From contig CAXBCP010000001.1 of the NCBI GenBank assembly GCA_963974055.1, positions 191,471 through 255,470 of the forward strand: a stretch of 64,000 nt of DNA. The letters are read 5' to 3'. This document shows, one piece after another, positions 63,965 through 64,000 of the stretch (positions within the stretch are counted from its first letter, which is position 1; every line of letters begins with the position of its first letter). Made by a program: the position numbers and the translations under genes. Source of the DNA: an uncultured Rhodospirillaceae bacterium. Lineage in GTDB: Bacteria > Pseudomonadota > Alphaproteobacteria > MPNO01 > UBA830. The notes under the pieces were generated by a model. That model worked only from the letters and a program-made list of their open reading frames with translations. It did not search any database and was not told where the DNA came from.

Positions 63965-64000
63965 TTTGATAGGAATTCGTGATCCTGTAATTTTTACAGC

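Noticed and set aside
1-64000. Search for CRISPR arrays, tRNA/rRNA genes, IS elements or integrases
   Set aside because: No short regularly spaced direct repeats, no cloverleaf-capable conserved tRNA boxes, and no transposase or tyrosine/serine recombinase-like ORFs were seen. The only mobile-element signature is the direct repeat flanking 20.8-25.55 kb.

Overview
High-GC (roughly 63-65% by eye) bacterial chromosomal segment, probably alphaproteobacterial. This is judged from gene content, the fused XrtA-EpsI and TAXI-TRAP architecture; it is inference, not a search result. No rRNA, tRNA, CRISPR array or transposase was recognised.

First third (1-20.7 kb), housekeeping and accessory metabolism:
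- two tandem AEC-family transporters, a rhomboid protease and an SDR;
- a minus-strand branched-chain-amino-acid-type ABC operon (LivK-LivH-fused LivM/LivG-LivF);
- a GMC oxidoreductase, RidA and an orphan Rieske (VanA-like) oxygenase;
- two tandem BASS/SBF-like transporters;
- a cupin cluster with a DUF1185 'amino acid synthesis' protein;
- a TAXI-type TRAP transporter and a secreted right-handed beta-helix protein.

Low-GC island (20.8-25.55 kb): about 4.5 kb, bracketed by about 135-bp direct repeats that are copies of the 3' end of a marR gene. It carries a polytopic membrane protein, a DCC/DUF393 thiol-disulfide oxidoreductase and an acyltransferase-3/SGNH O-acyltransferase.

Bridge (25.4-29.4 kb): a MarR regulator, an LLM flavin monooxygenase, an MBL-fold hydrolase and a low-GC orphan gene for a secreted C-type-lectin-like protein.

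Exosortase A locus (29.4 kb to at least the window end at 64 kb), one large exopolysaccharide locus of the exosortase A / PEP-CTERM (XrtA) type:
- sugar-nucleotide epimerases (UDP-glucuronate 4-epimerase-like, WecB), four glycosyltransferases, a Wzx flippase, an O-antigen-ligase-like protein, a membrane-anchored methyltransferase and a second beta-helix protein;
- a divergent acyl-activation cluster (ACP and two alpha/beta hydrolases on the minus strand, facing a GNAT-like acyltransferase, an acyl-CoA ligase, a PLP decarboxylase and an AsnB-like protein lacking the catalytic Cys);
- the export core, EpsE(Wza)-EpsF(chain length)-EpsG(BY-kinase with a long Pro-rich insert)-OM beta-barrel-ExeA-like ATPase-polysaccharide deacetylase-FemAB-like-sugar transferase-fused XrtA/EpsI exosortase-canonical AsnB amidotransferase-S1 protease;
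- finally, on the opposite strand, a Gly/Thr-rich secreted protein with a degenerate PEP-CTERM-like tail.

Most interesting: (i) the acyl-activation subcluster of unknown chemistry inside the XrtA locus; (ii) the integrase-less low-GC island that targeted the marR 3' end; (iii) several unusual protein architectures (Cys-less AsnB paralog, Pro-rich BY-kinase, LivM-LivG fusion, XrtA-EpsI fusion).
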